A DNA stretch of 64,000 bases from Amphiscolops sp. MND2022 (lineage: Eukaryota): contig OZ076409.1 of assembly GCA_964187785.1 (NCBI GenBank), positions 22,012,001 to 22,076,000 on the forward strand. The letters run 5' to 3'. Of the stretch, positions 12,661 through 25,600 are shown one piece after another. Made by a program: the position numbers and the translations under genes. Below the pieces are notes generated by a model. That model did no database searches and was not told the origin of the DNA. It was given only the letters and a program-made list of their open reading frames with translations. Position 1 is the first letter of the stretch. Each line of letters begins with the position of its first letter.

Positions 12661-13866
12661 GTCAATAGATAAGTAGTTTGTAGTAGAAAATAGCTCTATC
12701 TCTAAAGAAAGAGTCGAAATTCCTAGACAAATACAGTTCGTAAAAAAGGCCTTCAATGATTCAGAAAATGTTGAAAATTCAAAAATTGTTCCAGTTTTTG
12801 CCATGATTGATAAGTCATTACTGGTCATGATTGATATGATGGTGACCATATCATCAGAGAATATGCTTTCAGTGAACCTTCAGTACCGAATTAGAAGAAA
12901 CTGTCGTACTCAATATTTATTCAGGCAATAAAAAATGAAAGTTTACAAATTACGATCACCGAAGTCACCAAGACAAAAAAAACTTTGCCCAAAGCCTGAG
13001 GCAATTCGAGAGACACACACTCACTGAGTTGAAATCTAGAGAACAGTTCGATTGTTCTTATGTCGGCTGATTCTAATTGTAATTGCAAGTCAGATTGTAG
13101 TACAAGACCTTGTGTTGAGATAAATTCGGAACAGGAGTTTGACAATATGTAAGGTCGGACTCCAAGACGTTCGTCGGGATCCTATATTTTCAATCGCAAG
13201 TTACGTGGGACTGAAAGACCTCCGTTGAAGCGTTCTAATCGTGGGTCAGGTGAGACTCGAAGACCGTCGTTGAACATTTTTGTATGCTTATTCGTGTGTG
13301 AAGTGAGACTCTAAGGTCGAGATACAAATACGTCACTCCAAGAGTGATAGAGATTTACTACGAGTTGTTTTGAAGGTTTTATTCTAATCATAAAAATTAA
13401 TTGACAACTGCTCTCTTCAATTTTGAAAAGGCAGGAAAAACCGCTGAGAGTAGCGAGAAAAGAAGCCCAGTAGTCAAAGTATTAAAAGATCCGTGACTTC
13501 CTTGTCACACTTACCTCCACCTCTTTTGAATGTTTTGATTCGTCTTTTCTTCCAAAGTTGATAAAATTTGTGAGAAAACAATTCAGAACAAATTGTCAAA
13601 ACTACTTATAACGAAAAGTCTTACCTAGAGCAGCAAGGGTTAAAAATGTTATGTTGTTGTTGGTAGTCTCGTCCAATTATGAGTAAAGCCTTTTAACCCA
13701 TAATTGAGGTTGAATTTTCGGGATCGATCCAAACGTCTGGTGCTTGAACTTCAAACCGCAATATCTCCCAATATATTCAAGTCCGACAAAAAAATTTTTA
13801 GCGCGTTCGAAATAAGACAATCATTGCTTTCGTTTTGATTTTGAAACTGCTGGACTATGGGCCCGC

Positions 13867-14262
13867 AAAAAAACGGGACTAAAAAAAATATAAAAAACGG
13901 CGTGAAATTTTCGTTTTTCCTGTTTTTTGTGTGGCCTCTTTATCTCATTGGCGACAAGATTGGTTTAAAGAGACCCTAGCATGTTTTGAAACATGCTGAA
14001 ATGCAGTCAGAGACACGACGCGTGCAAACTTTTGACGCCTAATCTAGTGCCAGTGCAGTGAAGCTGCACGCAAGCGAAGAACTTCGCGCAAAAAAACTTT
14101 GCACGTGTCGTGTCTCTGACTGCATATCAGCATGTTTCAAAACATGTTAGGGTCTCTTTAAACCAATCTTGTCCCCAATGTAATAAAGAGGCCACGCAAG
14201 AAAACAGGAAAAACGAAAACTTTGCGCTCAATTTTTTATTTGATATTTTGGTCCCGTTTTTT
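13867..14262. mobile_element. Foldback/MITE: ~165-bp near-perfect inverted arms with ~65-bp spacer
   Basis: 13867-14031 is the reverse complement of 14097-14262 (e.g. ggtttaaagagaccctagcatgttttgaaacatgctga vs tcagcatgtttcaaaacatgttagggtctctttaaacc). Confidence 0.85.
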
Positions 14263-15276
14263 CGATTTTGGAGACATTAAGTCAACAATCCGTCAAAATT
14301 CGTGCACTGCTATGAAATATTGTCTGAAAACCTTCTTCAAGTGTTTTCTTTACCATCATGTCAGCTGTTGCCTTTAGAAGTTTGCAGATCTTGAGTCGTG
14401 CAAATACGTACTACGATGCTAATTAGGGTTAATAGAGGATGGAGGTATGTCAGTTGCCTTTTATTCAGAAGAGGTAAAGCAGGAACGTTCTTTCGTGACT
14501 AAGTTTCTCCACATATGTTAATTCGCTACAAAAACATCAGCTGAGAAAAACCGTTTGGAGCAATCTTACGGCTACAACTATGAAATCCTCGATAATTGTA
14601 CGATAATAAAAACTTTCAAAAATGATCAAAAAGTGATTCCCACGGCTTTCAAAGTGAACTCATTTTAACACTAAAAACATCATCATCAAACTCTGCTAAG
14701 TTTTTCGGTTTTTTTATTTCTCGAACTCTTTGACATAGATTTCTGTTCTAATTTATTGCACCTACTGGAATGACATCGACGCTCTTTTCGCTTGGTAGTT
14801 TGGATCACTTGGTACTACTGGAAGTCTCAAAACAAAAAGAACGCGTAACTTTTTTTGTTATCAAAAGTACTTTCTCAACATTCAACTGAGTTTTCAAATT
14901 CACTGAAAATTAATGGATTTCGTTCTGTTATACCACTGAAATACTTACACCGAGATTATCATCTTGTTGAAATGTCTTTGGAAGAAATACCTGCCATTTT
15001 GATGAGTTTTTTGAAAAAATGAAGCAGTTTGAACAAGACTCCCTCTATTCACCGGGATATTTACCGCCTTCAATTGGCTAACTATAGACGCCTAATCAAA
15101 AATTTACCTCCTCCTTAGTAAAACACCATTTACTTCGGATACAACTTCAAAAGTTCGGATACTGCTGGGACAAATGAAGGCGCACTTTTTCGAACCTCCG
15201 CCTCCTCTTTAGTGAAAGGTAATATAGTTCGGATATAACGTCAAAATTTCGGATATAGCGCAATGATTTCGCATAT

Positions 15277-15413
15277 CCGCTTACTCCTGGGAGTAAGAAA
15301 CTACATGTGAGTAAGTAAATGGAGTAAGTAGAAAATGGAGATTTGGCAGAATTTGGAAAAAAAAACGCAACACAGATCATGATTTTCCTCCCCCATTTAT
15401 GTGGGCGAAAAAA
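15277..15413 (-). repeat. Partial copy of the dispersed repeat at 34107-34432
   Basis: ggagatttggcagaatttggaaaaaaaaacgcaacacagatcatgattttcctccccc...gtgggcg is the reverse complement of 34112-34185. Confidence 0.75.
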
Positions 15414-15789
15414 TTTAGTTTTAAACAGCTCTTGAAACAGTTCGAACGTATTTTTTTGAGAAAATACAGTATCCCTGGCTAGGTACCTCAACTTTACAAC
15501 TTTTTTGTGTTGCCTTTCGCTAAAACAGTGGAAGTAAGTCTTGACAAAAAAACAAAACGTTTCTTCGACTCGCAACTGGGAGTGTCAAATGCTACGAATG
15601 ACAACACACATTGAAAAATGAAAATCTGAGGTTCAAAAAATCTGCCAAATGTGTCCGTTGACTTCGGAAGTGAGGTGCTGTGTTGAATGTTTGAAGTTGA
15701 AAAAATTGTCAAAAAAAGATGTATTCCACCAACGCAGCAGTTTTTTACCGTACATTATGGGAAACCTAATACTACGGAACGCCGAAACA

Positions 15790-16920
15790 TTACAGAACAG
15801 AAAATTTTGTTGAAGTAGATGCTTCTAACAGTAGGATAATATACACGCTAAATTTGAGACTTCAGCAAGAACAACGCAATTCAGTAATTTTTTGAGCATT
15901 GAAATATGAAAAGCACAAATGTTCCCAAGTTGAAACGGACAAAAATTGCGTACTTGAACGCAAGACTCGATGAAATTTCTGTAGATCAGCGACCAGGATT
16001 TATCAAGAAGAAACTAACGGCGAAAACTTTGCATGTAGATTAACGAAATCGCTTCTTGGATCGAAACAATCCAGTCGCAACAGGTTCAATACAATAGAGT
16101 TTTTTACTCAGCTTTCAGTGACGAGAAAAAAATGACCTGTTTGTCTTTAAGGGACAAAACGGTCAAAAAACTTTGTACCGTGTTGGCTTGATCACTTAGT
16201 CTACTGTTGCGAAAAAAAGTTATGGAAAACTCGAGAAAACACTGACCAAAAAAGGTCTTTACCAGTGAGGTGAAAATTTTAATTGGTTCCCAGGTATGAA
16301 AATCAGAAAAGAATATTCCAAGGTACATTTGAAAATAACTTGAAAACTTTGAATGATTTCGCTGCCTTTGAAACCCAATCAAGTGCTGACTCTCAGTTGC
16401 AGTTCTAAGTCAACAGTGGCAACTTCAACAACTAAAGCAAAAGCAACATCTGTTGGCAGCTTCAAGAACTTGAACTTCTCCGAGGCCTTGTAAACGAATT
16501 TGGGTTGAAAAAGTCCAGTGACATACATGTGGAAATTCGGGCTTCTATCGCAAGAACAAAAAAGTGAACGCTCAGAGTGAAGCATTTTGTAATCAAGTTG
16601 AGTTTTATACAGAATAAAATTCGACTCTTGCATGTTGAGTTTAGCCCAATCAGTGTAATGATTGCTGATTTGCTAATTAAACCGTTGGGAAAAGTGACGT
16701 AAATACTCAGCAAAAGACTCTGTAGAATACTTGTATTCAAGCTCCTATAACGGTGTGTTTCAAGAGAGCATTTTTCGAAGCTAGAGACAAGATTTTGAAA
16801 AAGTAAACTTTTCAGACAAAAACACGCGTCTCGGGATTTTCTGAATCACTTCTCCTAATTTTTCCGAATACAGTTGAATTGAACCTATTCACACTTCGTC
16901 TCATTCAGTATTACAAGACA
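15790..16920 (+). pseudogene. Truncated Ty1/Copia remnant (RT-RNase H) with 3' LTR at ~16756-16920
   Basis: AYLNARLDE..VDQ.PGF at ~15948-16002 and SSK.TVATSTT at ~16400-16432. The LTR resembles 50931-51160 and 55774-56000 (tgtttcaag...gaatacagttgaattgaa...ttcgtctca). Confidence 0.7.
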
Positions 16921-19383
16921 AGAGCTTTCTTTCTTTGAATCTGTGGTTGTTTTTATACAAAGCTAAACGTATTGAAACTTCAGGAGTCATCGTTCATTTT
17001 TTATAGTCGGTGCAGAGGTGGAATTGCCATGAGCTGTACATGATCATGAATCCACTGCCTTGAAATCTCAATTCGGAGAGTCACAAAAATGGACAATTTT
17101 GCCTTAAAAACGTTCACAAATCAAAAACGGCAGATGTTCCTATTTGTAGATGTATAATCACTTTTATAATTTTTATATGAATTGCAAAAGTGTGAGACCA
17201 AAAGGTTTCTGTTTTGATTTCCTATTTTTGTTCACATGTGAATTTTAATGGGACATCGGGTCTTCATTCGGTTTGTGATCTCAAAATCAACTTCATTCGT
17301 GTATTTGCACATATTTTTTTGGGTTTTAGGTTTCAGGACCGTTTTTCAAAAATTTCAATAGCTGCAGAATTTTTGTCGAAGTGCAGTGAAAAAGATTTGC
17401 GAAGATGCAAGTAAGTGTTTTCCCTGCAGGATCGCTGGATTTCAGAATAACTTCCGTGCATGCATCCATGCAACAAGTAGGAAATTCATAGAATCTCAAC
17501 TTCAGTGGGCTATCATCAAAGAATATGAACTCGGGTCCTTCCTTAAAAGTATTTATTTTTCACGGTGCTTCAATTTTAATTTCCGTTGATATAGAATTTG
17601 AATCAGTTCGTTTTTTTTTCGCTTTGTACCTGCTTTAACATGAGTTCGGGAGAAACGCGAAAACTTGTAGCTTCAAAAATGTCGCTATTAAGCGTTTTGG
17701 TCACAGGACAGTTTCCTAAATTTCCTGTAAATCGTTCAGGTTTTGGGTATTTCTATCTTGGGGTCAATGATTTTGTTCCAAGATTCTCTAACGGTCTATT
17801 TCTTGTCAGGCCTGAGGCCAGATGAAGAAATGCATGAATCTTGAAAATTACGGTTTCTACACATCATAAGATCCTTGATTAGGAACTTGAAAAAAATAAC
17901 GTGTAGAACCTATGATGAAAGATGGGAATTTCAATCTGTCATTTGCCAATTCCTATTGATGGGTTCCCATCTTAATATTCCATCTTCGGTAAAACCTGGA
18001 ATGCAATACTAAGACGGAATTTTTTTAGAATGTAATCGGTAATGGTTCTTTTCTGCCCCCACCACCACTTTTTGAAAAAACAGTTTTGGAATGAAGTCGC
18101 GCATCAGGCCAATTTGAGATTTTTTCGATTTTTTCAAAAATTTTCATGATAGGGTCAGAAAAGCTTGAGTGCCATCAGCTTTGACCATCGGACAACTAAA
18201 ATTGAATTTTAGCGTTTTAAAATCTTAGTTCAATCGAGAGCGATTTTGAGCAAGTTTTACTGACCTCCAGTCGAAAGTAAACAGGTCCTGGAAACCCTTG
18301 AAAAACGGAGCCTGATAGCTTGAAACCGGGTTTCATCGCGCAAGGATAAAAAAATGATCTACCTTTTTGGTACATTGGTTGAATTTATAATTTTTTATCT
18401 CGCTTGATCACAATTTTTGATTAAATATGATTACAACAAATGCTAAGATGTTGCGCTGGGCGCCGGACACATTAGGTGGCCTATGAAGGATTCATGATTG
18501 TGGGTAAATGGCAGGTACATTTTTTGTTTCGGTTGGAGGGTGTCCATTTTTTGCACCGGCACCCCCCAATATTTCGGCCAGCATGGTGTGCCGGTTGGCA
18601 GACGGAGCAAAATTCCTGAATTGATCTCTGCAATAATTATGTAACATATGGCGGAAATAAATAATACTCGATCAAAATTCATTTATTCTGCTCATTATAG
18701 ACTAGTAAATATTGTTAAAATCACGAAATCGGTTTGCAAACAAGGAAAGCAACAGACACTAGGGTATCTGCGGCTAAAAACTGAAACGCATAAAATTTCA
18801 AAGCTCGTTAAATTTGACAGTAACGACAGCAATTGTTTGGAACAAAATTAAGTTTCCACAAAATTTGGCACAATAAAGTGAACAACAATGTACCTAGAAC
18901 AATATCTTGGATAAGATCAATGGGTGAATGAATGAATGAATCTGTTAAGAGGGCCCAACACTGGTTTTCTCGGATCCAAGGAGACGTGCTGCCCGCCCCA
19001 GAGGGAAAAGCGACAGAGACGGGGCTTCTTCCTCAACTGGGCGACTGGTTCGTTCCTTGAGCCTAGAGCCAATCCTGGCACAACAGCAATTGCGAACATT
19101 GTGACGTCATATCAAGATTTATTTGAGGATGAAATGAAAGAATGTGAGGAGTTGGTTTGGGTTGTCTTTGAGTTGAGGTAGAGTAATTAAATAATGTCCA
19201 AAATGGAGGCGGCGGCTGCGGCGGTTGCAACACCTATTAATTTAATTATCGCTCATTTGTTGTTGATAATAAATATCAAATATTATCATGGTTAAATGGG
19301 GCTTGGAGAGGCAAGGGAAAGATAGCACAGTGCTGGAGCAACAAACTCTAATCCTACTACTGGCCATAAAAGGAATGAGATGA

Positions 19384-19684
19384 TTAAGGAATGCGGTCTT
19401 CGGCATTGGAGAATGAGTCATCGTTGTTAACTTCTTCCTCCTCCTCCTCCTCTTCGTCGTCGTCGTCGTCTTCGTCGTCGTCGTCATCTTCGGGACTACA
19501 CCCAACGGGTGGCGATAGGGTGACACAAGTGTTCATCACGTGACCTTCATCAGTGGGGGCATCGACGGCGCCCGTTGAGGTTGTTTTCACGAAAGGGTCC
19601 GAGTCGGCTGTGGATCCGAACGAACGACTGCTTCCAATTGCAGTGTCTCGCCCGTTGTCGGTGCCTCCACTGGTCTTGCTGACA
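19384..19684 (-). CDS. Host gene last coding exon with poly-Asp/Glu tract
   Basis: Acceptor aacag, phase 2. Ends ...EDDDDDEDDDDDEEEEEEEEVNNDDSFSNAEDRIP*. Confidence 0.7.
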
Positions 19685-22600
19685 CTGTTGTCAATAAAGT
19701 ATGACCAATGAACAAAGTATTCCACATGAAAAAAACATGAAAATTACTACTTTTCATACAAAAAACTTTGAAACACCTTCTTGATAATAGTTGGTTGTTT
19801 TCTTGGATGAACTCGAGACAATTCTTTATTGAAATCAATCTTACTTTTAAAAGTAAAATTGACATCCGAAATGCTTTTTTCGAATGCAAAGGTTTCTTAG
19901 CTATCTCGTTTCTTTCTGAAGCCTAGATTGTTGAACCAAAAAGCAACTTGATTGGAAACTCCGAAATGTCGAACTTCTCCAAAGTGTAGATTTCAAAGAT
20001 GATTTATTGATCATTCCTGGTGGCAGCCGAGTTGCGACTTGTCCTCTCTCCTCCTTGTTTGTTCTCCTTATCGGTCATGACCTCGCTTTCCATGGAAGAG
20101 GTGTTGTGTACCTTGATGTAGGCGAAGGGTGTCTTCCACAAAGGCTTCTTAACTTTGGCTTCTGTGGAGCTTTCCGTCAGCAGTATTGAGCTGTGGCTGT
20201 AGAAAAAACATTATGTGTATGAGTCGCTTTGAATGGGTTTATCGATGTATTAGGCCATGTCTTAACCAATAATTGCATTTTTTGCTAAGCTTTTTGTAGA
20301 AATTGTGAAACTTGTTCTCGAAAAGTAGTTTTCTTATTGGTTGAAAATTTGAAAATTTGAGCGACGAGCACAGCGGTGCAGGAAAATTTTTAATTTTTAG
20401 AAATTGTATCAAAAGTTGGCAAGAAGGTCTCGTACTGAAGCAACGTTTAGGATATACAAATATTCCAATTGGGTTTGAATCATCCAAGGATTCGATCCAA
20501 ATTTGCAGTAGGATGATATTTTTGTGTGGAAATTGAAATTTAGTTTCAAAAATTTTAAAAATTGAATTAAATTGGGATAATTTTCACAAAAACACCCACA
20601 TTTCCGTTACCCTGAAATTGAGCTGAAAACTTTGAATAGCCAAGGGGAAGGGTCGCAAAATAACGTGAAAATTTTGCACCTTTGATGGAAAAATTCACTA
20701 ACGGGATTGATTATCAGCTTCGCAGCAAACGCGCAAGATTGGTCCATTTTGTCAACTGATTTATGATAACATTTGATTACTGGTGACCGATATTGCGAAC
20801 AATCAGAATGCTGGTCAAATCTAACATCGTCAGCTTGTGTTCCTCGCATTATTTATTTCCTCGCATTATTTATTTCTTTAACTATCGGTTAATTTTTATT
20901 CATTGTTTGTCTAATTTCTGCAGAGGTATGCACTTTAATCGCGATTCGGTACTCTTGATTTTAACATGATACCAGAAAATCCTAACAGATATGGATAAAG
21001 AAGCTTAATACCAGAGATATGCATAAGCTTTTGAGGCAAAAGATTGCGGGTTCGAATCCCGGACATGTCAAAGTCTTTCACATTTTGGAAATATTATCTA
21101 AACATTCTTTGAATTCGTTTAAAGAACCTTGAAAATATGTTTTGTTATTCATGTTTATTGTTATTTTTGTTGACAAATATTATTCGATCTTTTGTCAGTC
21201 GTTTCAATATTTTTAAAGTTTGCTTTGATTCATTGGCGACCGATTATAGCCAAAGTATAATACATTGGACATCTTTTTCCGGACAAAATGAAGAGAGAAT
21301 AGTCTAGACAACAGTAATTAGGTACCTGCCAATGAACTTACATTGCCCTCTAGACTATATTCATTTTGATGCTAACTTTACGTTGAATACAGCTACACTT
21401 TGTATGTTACATTACTTACTCATTCTTAACTTGAGCATCCTACTTCAAACCTTTTATCGAGTCTATAACATGGCGCAGTCATAGAAGTACGAACAAGAGA
21501 AGAAAACCGATGGAAAATACGAGCAACAACAACGAAACCGACCCAACGGCGGTCAACCAAACAACAGTCGAAAGGACTGAAAGAAACAAGTACAAGATCC
21601 CGATCTTATCGGATAGAGAAACTGACCTATCAAAAGCCAATCCCAAAATGTGGTGGGAACAAATATCCGAATACATAGATTTGACATACCAAAAGAAACT
21701 GGACGAGCTGATGGAACAAGGGACGGACTCCATGGACCCTCATACAACCTACCACATCAAAGGTGATGTTATATGGGCACTGGGCCCAAAAGCAAAGCAC
21801 GAAATCATGAGAGGTCAATGGGGAAAGGAACTTAAAGATATTAGTCTCCAAGAGTTGTTGAAACTATTCAAAAAGACCTTCCTACCAACCAGGAATGTAT
21901 TCCACAGCCGGGCCCAATTCTTTAATATCAAGCAAGAAGATGGCGAAACCCTAGACGAGTACTGGAAGAGGCTGGTAGACATTGAAAGAAAGTGCGAATT
22001 TAACACCATCACACCCGAAGACATCATTTCATACAAATTTGCAGCAACCATAAACGATAAAAAAGCCCGAGATAAATTCATCAAAGGCCCACTGAAATTA
22101 TCACTGATATTGGAGACCATTGAGCTGGACAACTATAACCGTAAATATGGAGACAAACAAACAACCTCCAAGAGACAGCGGAAAAACCCATCCGAAAGCA
22201 CATCAGACGAGGAACAGGTCGGATACACAAAACCCGCAACGAAGAAGAAGGCCACGTTCACGGCTAAAAAGAGAAACACGGAGCGGAATTGCCACTTCTG
22301 CGGAAAATCCAACTGGACACCCGACCACACTTGCCCAGCACGGAAGGCAAAATGTAACAACTGTAAGAAGTCCGGTCATTTTGCAAAGGTCTGCCGATCA
22401 AGAACCGTAAACCGGATACAAGAGGAAGACACCGGTAGCAACACGGAATCATGGCCAGAAATTGACCAAATTCAGTCCGTCAACGGCATAAATCGAGTAG
22501 ACTTCTACAAAGCCATCCTATTGGTGGACGGACAATCAATTGAATTCATAATTGACACCGGCTCTCCAGTAACGATTATCCCACCAATTATCACTCCAAA

Positions 22601-25600
22601 ACAAAAGAAAGTGTTTCGTGGACGTAAACAAAAACCCGATAGAATTCAAAGGCGAAGCAATAGTTGAGGTCAAAACAGAGAAAACAAAAGTGATGTTGCC
22701 AATCTTAATAACCGAGAAAAAGAATACACAACCCCTGCTGGGATTGGATTGGCTAGATAAATTGGAAATCGGTTTGCAAGGAAGCCACGAAACAAACATC
22801 ATCAGGAGCATAACCACAAACGAAAAAGGTGAGAAAATTTTTAAAGAATTCGAGGACCTTTTTAAAAACAATCACACCATAAAAAACTTAACCATAGACA
22901 TTCAATTGAAAGAAGACGCAAAACCGATACAACAAAAGGGAAGACCAGTACCAATACACTTTCAAAAAATCGTGAAAAAAGAATTAGAAAAATTAATCGA
23001 AAAAGGACATTTGGAAAAAGCTGATAAAACAACTGAAAACTGCTTTGTCTCACCAGCCGTTATAACAATCAAAAAAGACAAATCAGTAAAAATTGCACTA
23101 GACTCCCGGAAACTAAACGAATCTTGCATAAAAAGAAAAGCAACAATGCCAAATATGGAGGAACTAATCAGTCAAATTTCCGCAAACATTACACAAAATA
23201 ACGGCGAAATTTGGATGTCCAAGATTGATTTAGATTATGCATACGGACAGGCCAAACTATCCGCAGAAGCATCAAGACATTGCGTGTTCTCCATCATTGG
23301 CGGCGATTTTACGGGACACTACCGGTTCAAGAAGGGATTCTACGGCCTATCTGACATACCAACGGTATTTCAAGAACATATAGATAAGGTCCTAGAATTT
23401 AAAACGCCGGTATGGTTAGATGACATCATTTGCGTCACAAACGGAACGATAGAAGAACACGATCGGGAACTACGCGAAGTTCTAATAAAATTGCAAGAAG
23501 CCGGTTACCGAGCGAGTGAAAGAAAAACAGAACTGTTCAAAAAAGAGCTGACCTGGTTAGGGTACTTGATAAACCAAGAAGCGGTAAAGCCAATTAAAGA
23601 TAAAACCGAGGCTATAACAAAATTAAAAGCCCCCACAAACACAAAAGAGCTAAAATCATTTCTGGGCTCAATACAACATTTATCAAAATTTTTGAACTTG
23701 TTTAAAAAGACCGACAGAATGAGAAAATTACTCAAGAAAGACGTAAAATGGGAATGGACGAAAGAAATAAACGATGATTTCGAACAACTAAAAAAGGAAA
23801 TAACCGAAACACCATGTCTAGCACACTTCGACCCAAAGAAAGACAATTTCATAACCACCGACGCCTGTAATACTGGATTAGGGGCAACCCTATGGCAGAA
23901 AGAAAACGAAACATTCAGACCGGTGGCGTTTGCCAGCCGATTTCTCACTGAATGTGAACGAAAATATGCCATAAATGAGCTAGAATTGCTAGGCGTCTTG
24001 TGGGCCTCGAATATTTCAGATATTACGTTTACGGAAAAAAAGTAAACCTTTTGACCGACCACCAGGCACTACAACCACTGCTAAACGAAACAGGGCACAC
24101 AAACAATACAGCGCAAGACTAACACGGTGGCTAGACCGATCGAGCCATTTCGATGTCAACGTGCAATACACCGCTGGTAAAAACATTCCGTTAACAGATT
24201 ACTTAAGCCGTCATCCGATCATACACGAACACGAAACGGAAACGCCACACGGAGGCGATGAAAGCGAAGCCGAAGAGGAATTCGTAATCAATCAGATATA
24301 CGGCCTATTCGAGTTCAATCGTACGAACGGCAGTATTACGCAACACATGCGACGACCACCACCGGTAAAGAATTCCGACCAATCAGAACGCAGAACGCAA
24401 GTACGCAAACAAAACGACCGCGAACATTCAATCCAAACTTTCTCACCGCAAAAAGATATTGACTCACCAAACAATTCAAACTTTGATTCGCAAGCACCGA
24501 AAATGTCAAAGATGGATAAAGTAAACGGAATCGATTTACAGTTTATATTCAAAAAACGGGGACACTCCCCAGAAACTAGTCGTCTACGGACCGAACGATT
24601 TAAACTTCTTCAACCAAATCGAACCAGAATTGTCGGAAAAGGCAAGGACAACGAGCGGATATTGGAATATCGTCCTTCGCAACAAGATCGAAAAGAAATT
24701 GAGAAATTAAACATCTTGATTTACAATAGATTCTTTTACCATTGCGAGAAATTCGGGACCACCCCACTCAGGGAATTTAACGAAAACCTACACGAGTCTT
24801 GGATAAACACCTCGTCAGACAATGAAAGCCAGATTAGCCACGTAAAAACCGAAAAGTGCCCAACAAATATCCTCAAAAAGTTCAAAAAACATGAGAGCAT
24901 CAATCTTATCAGATTGAAACAAACAGCGAAGCGAAATGTCCTGCCAGAAGAACGAAACGAGAAAACAGCCGAAATGATCAGAAGAGCCGAAAGAGACTTT
25001 TCCATGGATTTACCTCTACTAGTTGAGGAAAATGCGCAGGACACTAAAATACTTGACGCAATTATCGCGCTAGAAGCTGGAAAAGGAGACGGTATCTTCT
25101 ACCCATACCGACCACACCGTGAACATCTGGAGACCAGATTTGGACTACTATTCTACAATGATAGAATCGTCATCCCAGAAGCAATGCGGTCAACCATAAT
25201 TGCCATGCTACACAGCGGCCATGTCTCGATTAACAAAATGGACAAATCAGCAGAAGCATTTTGGTGGCCGGGACTACACCGGGACATTAGAGAAAAGGCA
25301 GAAAACTGCCCCAGTTGCCGAGTAGCAGGTAAGAATCTAAAAACACAATTACCGCAAACGGAAATAAATAGGCTCGAACTTTTAACCGAACCCGGCCAAG
25401 AAATTCAATTGGACTTCGCCGGTCCAATCAAATCAAAATCGCGGGGAGACATTTACATTTTAGTAGCCATCGACCGTTTTAGCAAATGGCCAACCGCACA
25501 AATTTGCAAAAATACGGACTCTCGGACCGTTATAAAGTTTTTAACAAAATACTGCACCGACAACGGAACACCGAAAACGATACGCACCGACAACGGTAGC

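Noticed and set aside
12670..13700. Possible small exons (gtaagt donors near 13515 and 13624) and a solo LTR at ~12902-13509
   Set aside because: I could not assemble a consistent reading frame and found no matching TSD for the LTR-like segment.
17000..17830. Possible exons of another gene
   Set aside because: Splice-like signals occur on both strands but no coherent multi-exon frame could be built by eye.
21020..21070. tRNA gene
   Set aside because: Only a B box/T-arm (gcgggttcgaatcccg) is recognisable, with no complete cloverleaf. The same holds for ~10010-10060 and 34310-34375.
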